A stretch of 64,000 nucleotides of DNA. Origin: Octopus vulgaris (Eukaryota). The notes beneath the pieces are model-generated. The model was not told the origin of the DNA. It saw only the letters and a program-made list of their open reading frames with translations, and searched no databases. The translations under genes and the position numbers were made by a program. Shown here in pieces: positions 1 to 12,246 of this stretch (its first letter is position 1; every line of letters starts with the position of its first letter). Where the stretch lies: the NCBI GenBank assembly GCA_951406725.2, contig OX597815.1:190650001-190714000 (forward strand). Direction: 5' to 3'.

Positions 1-866
1 CAGAAAAACGTAGTAAAAGAGGGAATCAAAGTAAGAGAAAGTAGATGAAATATAATTATGCGAACACCTTCACCGTATATTATTCCAAAGTTGTATCAAC
101 CACTGTCACTTCCATTTTCATTAAACGTACTTTGAATATTCTATCTTACCTGCCATTAATGAACAAAATCAACTCAACTTGTTCACCTGTTCATTCCATT
201 ACAGAAAGCTCTTTATAGTTTCGTTTCATAAAAGGTTATATTCTGCTTTTAATCCACCTTATGTATTATTTAGATCTTTTATGGGCACAAAAAGGAATAT
301 TCTCTGATCTCCCTTCTTCAATACCATATCAAAATGTTGGATAGCTTCTGACTAACACAAAGCCAATCTAAATTAAATGGTTCATTTAAATAACCGTTTG
401 ATGACTTGAAGTTCTGAAGTCAAAATCTTGTAAGTTTATTTTTTTTTAAGACTGAGTAAAAGAACAACAACAACAACAATAGCCATCAATTGCTCACTTA
501 CTGCTCAGGATTACATTTCTATATTAACTACAAATAATGTAAAGACCAGAATCCAAGGAAGTAACAACAAATCTAAAGGAGAAAGGTTGTTGAATGTCGT
601 TAAGTGTGAATGCTGTAAACAATGGAAACTTTAACTTTCTGTAGACTCTTGCTCTTCAGAAGGACCCTCATAAAAAGCTCCATTATAAATATTATTAAGA
701 ATTGTTTTTAAGAAATTGTTAAAATATTTTCTATACTATAGAAGAATAACCAATTTTTTGCACATAAAATTTTAATGACAAAATCTTATATGCCCCCCCT
801 ACCACCACCACCAAAGGTCATAGGAATCCTGGGTGCAAACCACTAATCTAAAGTATCAATAAAAAA

Positions 867-1029
867 CGTAGTAGTGGCTGTGTGGTAAGTAGCTTACTTA
901 CCAACCACATGGTCCTGGGTTCAGTCCCATTGTGTGGCACCTTGGGCAAGTGTCTTCTACTATACCATCAGGCTGACTAAAGCCTTGTGAGTAGATTTGG
1001 TAGATGGAAACTGAAAGAAGCCCGTCGTA

Positions 1030-1074
<45 letters not shown>

Positions 1075-1297
1075 GTATGTGTGTGTATGTATATGTTTGT
1101 GTATCTGTGTTTATCCCCCCAACATCGCTTGACAACCGATGCTGGTGTGTTTACATCTCCATAACTTAGCGGTTCAGCAAAAGAATTCGATAGAATAAGT
1201 ACAAGGCTTACAAAGAATAAGTCCTGGGGTTGTTTTGCTCGACTAAAAGCAGTGCTCCAGGGTGGCCACAGTCGAATGACTGAAACAAGTAAAAGAG
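867..1297 (+). mobile_element. tRNA-derived SINE, family A (~430 bp, internal TA/TG microsatellite)
   Basis: A-box-like TGGCTGTGTGG, B-box-like GGTTCAGTCCC, CORE-like GGCACCTTGGGCAAGT, tail TGACTGAAACAAGTAAAAGAG; about 20 full or partial copies in the window. Confidence 0.85.
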
Positions 1298-2192
1298 ACT
1301 ACTCTTGAAAATGAGGCTTCTAAAATTGCAACCTCATCTTATCATTTTGACAAATTTCAGTTCATGCACAATTGGTTGAGGCTACGAAACGACAACAACA
1401 ACAACAACAAATTGCTCCAGCATGGCCACGGTCAAATGACTGAAACAAGTAAAAGAGAGTAAAGGAGAGTTATTTTACTGTTTTGTGTTTGTTGTTTAAC
1501 TATAGGTCAAGTGTGATCAAACATTCTTGAGGTTCAGTGTATTCCATTTATGACCATCCTCTGTTATATTTATTTCATGACTGACTTGCTTTTTTTTTCT
1601 GTTTTTCTTGGATTTTTTTTTTTGTCGTTGTATCTAAGACTACATAACCTGATGTTGTAGGTACAATTTGTGGATGATTTAGCTACTATTTCTAGAGGGT
1701 TGAGCAGCTATATAGAAGCTTTTAGCATAAAGGAGTAGACTTGAACATCAATTAAAAACTGATCTATTGGTCCTACAGCATGGCACCTTGGGCAAGTATC
1801 TTCTACCATAGCCTAGGGTGAACGAAAGCCTCATGAGTGTAAATTGGTGACAAGTCAGAGGCATGTCTGTGTGTATGTGTTTGTCTTTACATTTGACATT
1901 ACTTGCAAAACTAGTGTCGGTGTTTTTGTTCCATCACTTAGAGATGTGATAAACAGAAATCGTTAACCTAAGTACAGGATTGAAACAGCAATTGTTTTAA
2001 TGACTGCAAATTTATAAAGAACCAGTTATTAATTCCCACTCTTTGTTATGGTGAGCATGACAAAAAATATTTCTAACGCAATTTGTTCACAAAGCCTTGG
2101 TTTTTTTTAGTTTTCTTTTCATTTCTTGTATCCATATAGATGTGCATTCTCAATTATGCAGTGTTCTATATATACATACATGCATACATACA

Positions 2193-2231
<39 letters not shown>

Positions 2232-2234
<3 letters not shown>

Positions 2235-2445
2235 TAATCCAAACAAGAAAGCACAAAAAAACACAACGTGAGGACGTGGAACAAATATAGTATTATTGGA
2301 CGCTCAGGAAAGAAGGAAAGAAGGAGCGTTTAACATTTCGAGCAGAGCTCTTCATCGGAAACATAGGAGAAGGAAAGATCCAGAGAAGGGAAGACAGAGG
2401 AAAAAAAAAATCGCCAACGGTACACACGCGGTCACATTTTGAAAG
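2232..2445 (-). mobile_element. Short Penelope-like (pLTR-derived) element with minimal hammerhead motif, between (TA)n tracts
   Basis: Contains the hammerhead motif at 2328-2362; shares ACGCTCAGG flank and layout with 4335-4527 and 53345-53490. Confidence 0.55.
2328..2362 (-). ncRNA. Minimal type I hammerhead-like motif (CCGAUGA core variant)
   Basis: Minus strand GTTT-CCGATGA-A-GAGC TCT GCTC-GAAA-TG-T-T-AAAC: stem I GTTT/AAAC, stem II GAGC/GCTC, stem III ATGT (probably decayed ACGT palindrome). Confidence 0.6.
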
Positions 2446-2653
2446 ATATATATATATATATATGTAAGTTATCCAATAATTTTTTTGCTAGTTTATTTTG
2501 TCTCTTTGTCTTCTCTCCTGGTGCTGTATGAACACATAATGTGGTTTTAGAGGCAAGTTTTGGCTGTTATATCTAGCATGGTGGTATCTCTTAGGTACCC
2601 TTAATTATAATTTTAATAATAATTATTACCTATTAATAACAATTATTACCTAT

Positions 2654-2881
2654 TTCATTATTACCCACAAGGGGTCAAACACAAGGGGGACAAACAAGGA
2701 CAGACAAACGGATTAAGTCGATTACATCGACCCCAGTGCATAACTGGTACTTAATTTATTGACCCGAAAGGATGAAAGGCAAAGTCGACCTCGGCGGAAT
2801 TTGAACTCAGAACGTAACGGCAGACAAAATACCGGTAAGCATTTCGCCCGGCGTGCTAACGTTTCTGCTAGCTCGCCGCCT
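2654..2881 (-). mobile_element. tRNA-derived SINE, family B monomer (Nin/Deu-like domain)
   Basis: Minus strand GGCGGCGAGCTAGCAGAAACG..GAGTTCAAATTCC..GCCTTTCATCCTTTCGGGTC; TSD TTATTACCTAT. Confidence 0.85.
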
Positions 2882-3153
2882 TTTATTACCTATGAGGTTT
2901 TTATTCCCATGCTAGCCACTTCATATGATCTGTACTTTAAATAATGATGTTATCCTTGTTTATATAAATTTATATATTTACTTCGTCATTATATTCACTG
3001 CTGTGGTATTTTGACCATATTGCATGAGGAGTTTAGGCGGGCAATTTAAACTGGTCATGTGCATATGTGCATATATGTGTGTATATCTACGTATATGTAA
3101 GTTTTTGTATGTTGTATATATATAGATTTGTATTTATGTACTATTTTGCCTAT

Positions 3154-3212
3154 ATTCCACTGATGAAGGCAAAGCATTTTTTATGCAGAGCCAGAAATCC
3201 TGGATCTGGAAT
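3154..3212 (+). ncRNA. Type I hammerhead ribozyme motif
   Basis: ATTCCA-CTGATGA-A-GGC aaa GCAT ttttt ATGC aga GCC-A-GAAA-TCCTGGA-TC-TGGAAT: 6-bp stem I, canonical core, near-palindromic stem III, AUC cleavage triplet ending at 3206. Confidence 0.8.
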
Positions 3213-3461
3213 TATCCAATAATTTTTTTGCAAGTTTATTTTGCCTCTTTGCCTTCTCTCCTGGTGGTGTGTGAACATTTAATGTGGTTTTAGAGTCAAT
3301 TTTTGGCTGCTATATCTAGCATAGAGGTATCTCTTAGATACCCTTAATTATAATTTTGATAATAATTATTACCTACGAGGTTTTTATTCCCATGCTAGCC
3401 ACCTGATATGATCGGTATTTTAAATAATGATCTTATCCTTATTCATATAAATATATATGTA

Positions 3462-3507
<46 letters not shown>

Positions 3508-3629
3508 CAATAATAAATCTCTGAATGAGGTATAAACAGTAGCTGCACGACAATGTGAAGTATATTTGCCACTTAAATGTGGCTAACCACTAAGGGTGGA
3601 TGCTACAATAGCTTGTAGCCCTAGGAGAA

Positions 3630-3758
3630 CAGTCTTTCGAATACCCCCAAAAATAGAAGTCAAGAGGGGTCAGATCAGAGGATCTAGGGGATCTTTTAAA
3701 CTGTTTCTCATAAAAAATAAATTTTTCCTATGTATGGAGACTTTTAAATCACTCTGTA
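3630..3758 (-). mobile_element. Tc1/mariner remnant: terminus joined to PRSSDLTPLDFY motif
   Basis: Minus strand begins TA-CAGAGTGATTTAAAAGT and encodes PRSSDLTPLDFYFGG, a decayed WPPRSPDLTPLDF motif. Confidence 0.6.
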
Positions 3759-3774
3759 TACATACATACATATA

Positions 3775-4329
3775 CAGGGTCAGGCAAAATGATCTGACAC
3801 ATTTGTAGGTTAAATAAAAGGCATTGTTTTTCGTTTCTTTTTCAGTTGCTGCCATGAATTGGACTGGTGAGCATTGCGCTTTTATTGTGGAAACGTTTAT
3901 CAAAACAAACTATTCTGTAACTGCAACACAAAGAGCGTTCTGTTTGCACTTCAATCTTGGTAGACATGATCCCGTACCAGCTCGAAACACGATCTTGTTA
4001 TGGGTTACCAACTTCAGAGCTACTGGATCTGCATTGAAACGAAAATCAACCGGCCGACCTAGTACTGCCAGAACTTAAAGATGCAATTCGTCAAGAAATT
4101 ACTGCCATTCCACATGAAATGACCCGCCGAGTTATTGACAACTTTCGTGAATGCCTTCGACAGTGTGTGGACAATAATGGATCCCATTTGACTGATTTAA
4201 TTTTTAAAACATAATGAAACAAAATGGCTTTATATGTACTTTTCAAAAATAAAAACACTTTTTTGTTTCTTTACTTCATTTGCCTTTTATTTAACCTAGA
4301 AATGTGTCAGATCATTTTGCCTAACCCTG
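3775..4329 (+). mobile_element. Internally deleted Tc1/mariner transposon with DUF4817-type N-terminal HTH
   Basis: 29-bp TIRs CAGGGT(C/T)AGGCAAAATGATCTGACACATT, TA TSD; N-terminal MNWTGEHCAFIVETF..SVTATQRAF..GRP fused out of frame to C-terminal ELKDAIRQEITAIP..QCVDNNGSHL*. Confidence 0.9.
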
Positions 4330-4426
4330 TATATAGGGAGAATTTACGAAAAAAAACAAAGGACGAAGACAGGTGGTGTACAAAACAAACAGATGTATTA
4401 GTATAACGCTCAGGAACAGAAAAAGT

Positions 4427-4462
4427 CTTTTACATTTCGAGTCTATGCTCTTCTACAGAAAG
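4427..4462 (-). ncRNA. Minimal hammerhead-like motif with non-canonical CUGUAGA core, in short PLE-like element 4335-4527
   Basis: Minus strand CTTT-CTGTAGA-A-GAGCATAGACTC-GAAA-TG-T-A-AAAG. Confidence 0.45.
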
Positions 4463-4800
4463 GGACACAGAAGAAACAAGGAGAGAAAAGAAATGTGTGT
4501 GGTGGCTAACGATCTATCATGACAACTGATATATATATATATATATATATATATTCCCCCACACTGGATGGCATGCTGGTCAGTTACTGGACTGACCTTT
4601 TTTTTTCTGGCGGCCGATTGGACTGTGGTGACATAAATTGAAGTGTTTTGCTCAAGAATACAACACCTTGCCTGGTGCAGGAATATTACCGTCATGATTG
4701 CAACACCCTAACCACTGAGCCATGTGCCTCCACATGCACACACATATACACAAGCACGCCCATACACACTTACACATACGCACACACATATACACACATA

Positions 4801-5213
4801 CTCTTTTACTCTTAATCTTTTACTTGTTTCAGTCATTTGACTGCGGCCATGCTGGAGCACCGCCTTTAGTTGAGCAAATCGACCCTGAGACTTATTCTTT
4901 GTAAGCCCAGTACTTATTCTATCAGTCTCTTTTGCTGAACCGCTAGATGACGGGGACGTAAACACACCAGCATCGGTTGTCAAGCAATGCTAGAGGGACA
5001 AACACAGACACACAAACATATACACACACATACATATATATACATATATACGACAGGCTTCTTTCAGTTTCCGTCTACCAAATCCACTCACAAGGCTTTG
5101 GTCAGCCCAAGGCTATAGCAGAAGACACTTGCCCAAGATGCCACGCAGTGGGACTGAACCCGGAACCATGTGGTTGGTTAGCAAGCTACTTACCACACAG
5201 CCACTCCTGCGCC
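4801..5213 (-). mobile_element. SINE family A, full length
   Basis: Reverse complement of the 867-1297 family. Confidence 0.85.
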
Positions 5214-6398
5214 GTATACACATATGTATATACATACACGCACATGTATGTACAAATTCATAATAATGCTTTTCTGTTGTGTGTGAATTCCAGACCATAT
5301 GGACAGATGAATACAAAAGTTAATTTATCATTTCAAAGAATGACGCTGCACAAGCTGGTGCCATCTGATATTCATGTCTTAGACATATAGAATAGTATTG
5401 TTTTGCCAATCTTCAGTAACCTTTATTTATTATTTGGCAATTTATTCATTCTCTTAGTAACTGTTTGTAACAATGATTATCTCCTTTATAAAATAACTGA
5501 TATATAAATCTCGTTTGATAAAGACATTCATAAATATATTGATATATTTAAATAATGCTTTTTTGCTTCTTTTTTTTTTATTTTTTCACACACCCACCAC
5601 TTACAAAGTATAATATTTAACAAATATAAGATAGAAAAATTGGCAATCAATAAAGTTGGCAATGTTTTATTGCCATGTGTATTGCTGAAACTAAAAGAAA
5701 GGTAAGTTATTATAATACAAGGAAAAGAACATTTTTCATGCTAACAGTATAATAAATGGCTCGAAATTGCATAAATAATATACAAATGTACTTTAGTTAA
5801 AGAAATATTAGCACTAGTATATTTTATATCAATTTTCGTGCTAGGGTTGGTTGGGTTTGCAAATTTAAGCATTTATATATTGCCTTGGAGAAGATATGAT
5901 ATTTTTTATGACTGAATACACATTGTTTAACCCTTTCCACTCTCGTGTTTATTTTTAAGGTAAGAAAATATCTAAGAAGATGTTATTAAAAGGGATGTTG
6001 ATTTCCAACAGTGGCGTTAAGTACCCAAATTTGGGAGATGTGTGTATGGGGTGGTATCAAAAGGTTCCCAGACTCGTTATGTTTAATAAAAAAAATGACT
6101 CATTTACTCTCTTTACTCTTTACTCTTTTACTTGTTTCAGTCATTTGATTGTGGCCATGCTGGAGCACTGCCTTTAGTCGAGCAAATCAACCCCAGGACT
6201 TATTCTTTGTAAGCCTAGTACTTATTCTGTCGGTCTCTTTTGCCGAACCTTTAAGTTACGGGGACGTAAACTCACCAGCATCGATTGTCAAGTGATGTTG
6301 CAGGGACAAACACAGACACACAAACATATACTACACACACATACACCTTAGGAATGAAATGCCATAGGAATGAGAACCCAGGTTCAAAATTTCCCCAA

Positions 6399-6444
6399 GA
6401 CACCTGATGAAGGGTGGAGGGTATATCAGCCGAAAGGTTGTTTT
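6399..6444 (+). ncRNA. Degenerate minimal hammerhead motif in PLE-like fragment (6346-6505)
   Basis: GACAC-CTGATGA-A-GGGTG gagggtatat CAGCC-GAAA-GG-T-T-GTTTT; core intact, one mismatch in each stem. Confidence 0.55.
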
Positions 6445-6621
6445 AACAACAAACAAGATGAGGACAAATATCTGTCAAATGTAAATAATGTAAATAATGT
6501 AAATAATTAACAATGTTGTTGATTGCTCCCCTGTTATCATCATGCACAAACTGATGAATTTTCTCAACATTTCCAAAGGTGACCCTCATTGCATGTCTTT
6601 CAGATCACTCATTGTCTCCTT

Positions 6622-6830
6622 CAAAACTTCCATGCTTCCTGAGATTCGCCAACACTACACCTGATTTTCTCCCCTCCATACACACACAAGCATGTATCTG
6701 ACTCATACATTGTTTGCTTTCCAGACATTTGTACATTACTGCATATATTTTATATGCACTTTCTGACAAGTTGTGGTGCACCTGAGCACTGCATACAATA
6801 ATTTCATTATTATTATTATTATTATTATTA
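6622..6830 (+). mobile_element. CR1-type LINE 3' end
   Basis: Same 3' sequence and (ATT)n tail as 24781-25260 and 59047-59540; inserted in the mariner ORF. Confidence 0.8.
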
Positions 6831-7062
6831 ACATTCTTCTGCTTTTGAAGCAGCCATGCCACTTGAAACATTGTGTATGACCCATTGCCTTGTCGCTGTA
6901 AACTTGCCAGAGCATACTCCATGTCTCTACAGTAGACTTCCCAAGTTTAACGCAAAATTTCATGTGAGCTCTTTTTCCTCGTCTGCTACAAAATCACAGA
7001 CTACAGCATACAGGTGATCGCAGAAACACAAATTTCATGACTTGTGAAATAAAAACAGCAAT

Positions 7063-7472
7063 GGCGCAGGAGTGGCTGTGTGGTAAGTAGCTTGCTAACC
7101 AACCACATGGTTCCGGGTTCAGTCCCACTGCGTGGCACCTTGGGCAAGTGTCTTCTGCTATAGCCCCGGGCCGACCAATGCCTTGGGAGTGGATTTGGTA
7201 GACGGAAACTGAAAGAAGCCTGTCGTATATATGTATATAGATATATATGTGTGTGTATGTGTTTGTGTGTCTGTGTTTGTCCCCCTAGCATTGCTTGACA
7301 ACCGATGCTGGTGTGTTTACGTCCCCGTTACTTAGCGGTTCGGCAAAAGAGACCGATAGAATAAGTACTGGGCTTACAAAGAATAAGTCCTGGGGTCTAT
7401 TTGCTCGACTAAAAGGCAGTGTTCCAGCATGGCCACAGTCAACTGACTGAAACAAGTAAAAGAGTAAAAGAG
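7063..7472 (+). mobile_element. SINE family A, full length
   Basis: Complete head to GTAAAAGA tail, nested in the mariner. Confidence 0.85.
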
Positions 7473-9022
7473 TATGCCACTCAGCACACTGCTTCATGAG
7501 AGATCGCTGCTAGCTCTCACTGCACATGCAACAGTATGCTGCCGCCATCTGTTGGTACACTACAAAGCAAGTCCAGGCACCTTTTGACCCCACCTCATAG
7601 GTGATTCGACCAATCTAGTATTCAACCAGTCCTATTTAATACCAACCTTGTAGTCACAAATCAAACTTTTTAACCACACAAGCATACTTGCACCTATTTT
7701 TTTACATTTGAATTGTGACACACAGACAGATATAAAGACTAGAATGGATTGCTTGCTTACATTTTAGCCGTTTTTATAAACTCTTCATTCTTTTATTCTT
7801 TTATTTGTTTTAGTCATTTGACTGCAGCTATGAAGGAGGACCACCTTCAGTCGAATGAAGTAAGCCTAGTACTTATTCTATCGGTCACTTTTGCCAAACC
7901 GCTAAGTTACAGGGACATAAACACACCAACATCAGTGTGACAGTGGTGGGGACAAAGACAGACACACAAACATACATACATATATATATCATCATCATCA
8001 TCATCATCGTTTAACGTCCGTTCTCCATGCTAGCATATATATATATATATATATTTATACGTGTGAACATAATCAAAAAGGGTAATAACATAGGTTATTA
8101 TTACCAGCGGCCTAGCACAAAGACTAGTTACCATCGTTAATAGTAAATGTTTTTGAATTTCACTCTCTCCATGAATTTATCCCTCTTTGTGTCTCTAGCA
8201 CTAAGCTTCCTTATTTGGGAGCCTTTTATTATATATACATATATATATATATATTACAGATATAGGGTAAAAAATTATCAATTTAATAAATTAACAAATT
8301 TTACCAAAGTAGTTTCCGGTATGGAAAAGAACCATATTCGGTAAAAACTTATACAAAAAGTTTCTTTTTATATGTTATTATAACAATAATTAAGGGTTTA
8401 GCAACAAGTTGGTACACTACAAAGCAAGTCCAGGAACCTTTTGACCCCCAGCTCATAGGTGATTCGACCAATCTAGTATTCAACCAGTCCTATTTAATAC
8501 CAACCTTGTAGTCACAAATCAAACTTTTTAACCACACAAGCATACTTGCACCTATTTTTTTTATATTTGAATTGCAACACACAGACAGATATAAATGGGC
8601 TTCTTTCAGTTTCCATCTACCAAATTCACTTACAAGGCTTTAGTCAGCCCAAGGGTAAAGAAGAAGACACTTGCCGAAGGTGCCATGCAGTGGAACTGAA
8701 CCCAGAACCGTGTGATTGGGAAGCAAGCTTCTTACTTTATTTATCATTGTCATCATCATCATCATTCTAACTCCCACTTTTCCATGCTTGCATGGGTCAG
8801 ATGGAGGTTCTTTTGGGGCAGTTTTCTAGAGCTGGATGCCCTTCTTGTCACCAACACATGCCTGTTTCCAACTAAGTTTTCACAGAATATTGGAAAATAA
8901 CGACACCGCTTGTATGACGGGGTACTCATTTACAACTATCATGCAACTATCAAGAGATACAAACATAGATACATTCACACACTCACACACACACAATGCA
9001 TACACACACATACACAGATAAT

Positions 9023-9071
<49 letters not shown>

Positions 9072-12039
9072 TATATATATATATTAATAAAAGGAATTCC
9101 AACCTTGTCTGATTTTCACGTTTTATTTACAATCTTATAATGATATAATATATAATATAATGGAATAAAATAAAATAGTAGAATGTTAAATGTTCATTCT
9201 GATTGAACTAGTACTTTCATGCATTAAATTATGCAATCTTCAGGTTCATGTAGTAGTGGTGACAGTCATGCTTCACAATTTTTGTATATATATATATATA
9301 TATATACACAACAGGATTCTTTCAGTTTTTCTTATCAAATCAAATCACAAGGCTTTGGTTGGCTGGCACTTTAGAAGGCACTTATCCAATGTACCACATC
9401 GTGGGACAGATCTTGAAACCATGTGGTTGAGAAGCAAACTTCTTACCACACAGCCACACTGGAAACTATCCATACCTGCATATATTATCATTATTTTATT
9501 TCATGTAGAAAATTAACCGAAGAAAAAGATTTTCAAATCATTAAATTTGTGATATACATCAATCTGAAATAAAATTAATGAACTGCTTGGAGTATTTTAA
9601 TTTCATAAGAATGAACTCAGAGTTAATGACTATTGATTCAATAATTATACCACTGTTTCTCACTTATATTTTTTTAATCGCTTCTTTTAGTCAAAGTCAT
9701 TAAGGTGTGTTAATGATTATGCTATTTTTTCCTTCAGGTGTTCAACATTGGAAAGATATTATTTCCTATTATTTCCTCTACAATATTAGATGTAACTCAA
9801 ATTTGGCCTAAACCTTGAGCAGGCTTTTAAGAATGGCTAATGTTTTTTTTTTTTTTCATAACTCAGAAGAGAGAGGACAGGCCTATGACCCTTTTCAGAG
9901 AATTGTGGGAGGGAAGAAACAAGATATCCTCAAGCAGAAGATCTGACTTGAACCCAAGGGCTAAAAGTTTGTGTTAAACCAGTCTATAGATTAAGTCCAG
10001 CACAGGAATAAAAATAGACCATTTGATAGACTTCCACATAGATTTTTCAACCAAGCTATAGTAGAAGATGCTTACCCCAAAACAGGCAATGTCACTCAGC
10101 ACACAACCTCATGATAGATCACTGCTAGCTCTCACTGCACATGCAACAGTATGCTGCCATCTGTTGGCACACTACAAAGCAAGTCCAAGCACCTTTTGAC
10201 TCCACCTCATAGGTGATTCAACGAATCTAGTATTCAACCAGTCCTATTTAATAGATCAAACTTGAAACCTTATAGTTAAAGAGCAATCTTCTTCTATAGT
10301 ACACTGATATCTTGATCTTAAACAAATGACAAATCTCTCCAGGATATGATACCAGTTTACTTTGGTAACATTTCCTGATGTTATGGTATCTATTCCTTGT
10401 ACTCAAAGTCTATAGAATGAAGCGTACCTATTCCCTTAATGCACAGTAAAGCAGCTACAGTGGAATTAAAACCTTGGCTTTATTAGCTGGTAGTCCAATA
10501 CCATATCAACAGTTCGCAAGAGTATGAGAGAATCGCTCAACAGATTAGAAAATGTACAGTCATTATATAGCAACCACACTGTTTGTTTCTTCTGGTTGTA
10601 GACCAACATCATAATGATTTCCCCAGGTATGACTCTCTGAAACACCTAACCTAGAATAAATGACATCATTGGTATTGAGACACAGATAATTGCAATAACC
10701 TTAGCTTCCAATCCTTCCTCTCCCTCTCAAGCTTTCTCTCTCTCATTCCAATCCAATTACTAACCAGCAAGAAGATGTATGGCTTTTTCAGCTGTAGCTA
10801 AGATGACACATCTAGGAAGTTGTGCACTCTGAAAGATATCCTTACATATAAAAGTAGTTTTTGCTAATGCATAGGAAAGATATGGGTTTCTTTTTCCCTT
10901 GAAACCAGTCCAGGAAACCAGTCCAGGAACTTTGTACAAGTGACTTATTTGCACCATGAATCTCAGAAAGCTAAACAAGGTACATGTCTCTTGCTGGAAG
11001 GGACATACGGGTATCAGAACACCTTGCTGGATTTATACTCAAAAAAGAGACAGGTAGATGGTTGTTATACTGAAGCCTTTCCTAGTGAGACATGTATACC
11101 TCAACACAAATGTAAATTAAAATCAAAATGAGGGTGAAACATTGGATATTAATTTGATAACATCAATTTTAACACCAGTGGTCTAGCATATAAAAAAACT
11201 GAGATTCAGTAAATAGTATTACATACATAGAGATAAATTGTGTAAGTAAAATTACATAATTTATTGATAGTGAAACAATTGTTTATGATTAATCTATATT
11301 TTTGTTACTTTTCATTTGTCTTGCTCGCTTACGTTTCTGGTGCTTGCTAAATTTTCTAGAGAACAACTCTTAGTGGTTAAGACCATAGCGGATCTTCTTC
11401 TAGCATAAGGGTTTCCACATAGTGGTAAAAAATTCCCTCTTATATTTATGTATCAACACAAATGTAGACAGGAACATTAGTTAAAAAGACTTGGGAACAA
11501 AAACCAGCAGGGATAAGAAAATATGGGTGTTAAAAATAGCTGTCTGTAAGCTGAAACATCATCTAAACATCATCAGGTGATATTAATTACAATAAGGAAG
11601 AAATACAAATTGACAACAGAGAGGCTAGTTGGATGTTCTGAAAGGACAGCATCCAGGAAGTCACAGCTAAGATTTATAGATGAAGAAGAGCATCATGGAA
11701 TAGTATAGCAGATAGTACTATAATTAACAACCCTGGAATATGCAGAAGAAATAGACAAGCCAAGAGAAATATCTAAAAGCTAAGGCAGGGGCAATTAGTT
11801 CCAGTTTCAAGTTTCTCTTGGGGAGAAACTTGAACATTTGAACATCTTGTTCGCTTTAGAAATATATACATCTGTGCCAAGATAATTCATTTACTTGTTT
11901 CAGTCATTTGACTGTGGCCATACTGGAGCATCACCTTTAGTCGAACAAATCGACCCCAGGACATATTCTTTGTAGGCCTAGTAATTTACTGAACCACTAA
12001 GATTTTTGGTGATAAATTAAAGAAAACAATTTGGGTACT

Positions 12040-12246
12040 GCTCTAGGCACAAGACCTGAAATTTTGGGGGAAGGGAACCAGTGGATTAAATCAACCCCAG
12101 TATGCAACTGGTACTTAATTTATCGACCCCGAAAGGATGAAAGGCAAAGTCGACTTTCATGGAATTTGAACACAGAATGTAAAGACAGACGAAATACTGC
12201 TTAGCATTTCACCTGGCATGCTAATGTTTCTGCCTGCTTACCACCT
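12040..12246 (-). mobile_element. SINE family B variant with alternative tail
   Basis: Family B head and Nin-like body followed by CCCCCAAAATTTCAGG..CTTGTGCC tail; similar copies at ~29336-29555, 34754-34940, 46160-46370, 60925-61135. Confidence 0.75.

Larger units (their letters stand above)
2463..3451 (+). mobile_element. Retrozyme-like / PLE pLTR direct repeat (~483-nt monomer plus ~240-nt second copy) containing a hammerhead
   Basis: 2469-2975 (minus a SINE insertion) aligns by eye with 3212-3451; hammerhead immediately precedes copy 2; flanked by (TA)n. Confidence 0.7.
6047..7597 (-). mobile_element. Decayed mariner element with four nested insertions
   Basis: TIR-like ends TA-TGGGGTGGTATCAAAAGGTTCCCAGACT and (revcomp) TA-TGAGGTGGGGTCAAAAGGTGCCTGGACT; HTH MKFCVKLGKSTVETWSMLWQVYSDKAMGHTQCFKWHGCFKS at ~6835-6963. 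Confidence 0.8.

Noticed and set aside
260-355. Short open stretch on the minus strand (EAIQHFDMVLKKGDQRIF)
   Set aside because: Too short and no recognisable family
8298-8348. Hammerhead-like topology on the minus strand (CCGAATA..GAAACTAC)
   Set aside because: Core breaks the 3-8 pair and stems II/III do not fit well
10320-11800. Higher-complexity, possibly decayed coding DNA
   Set aside because: No motif recognised in the frames I read
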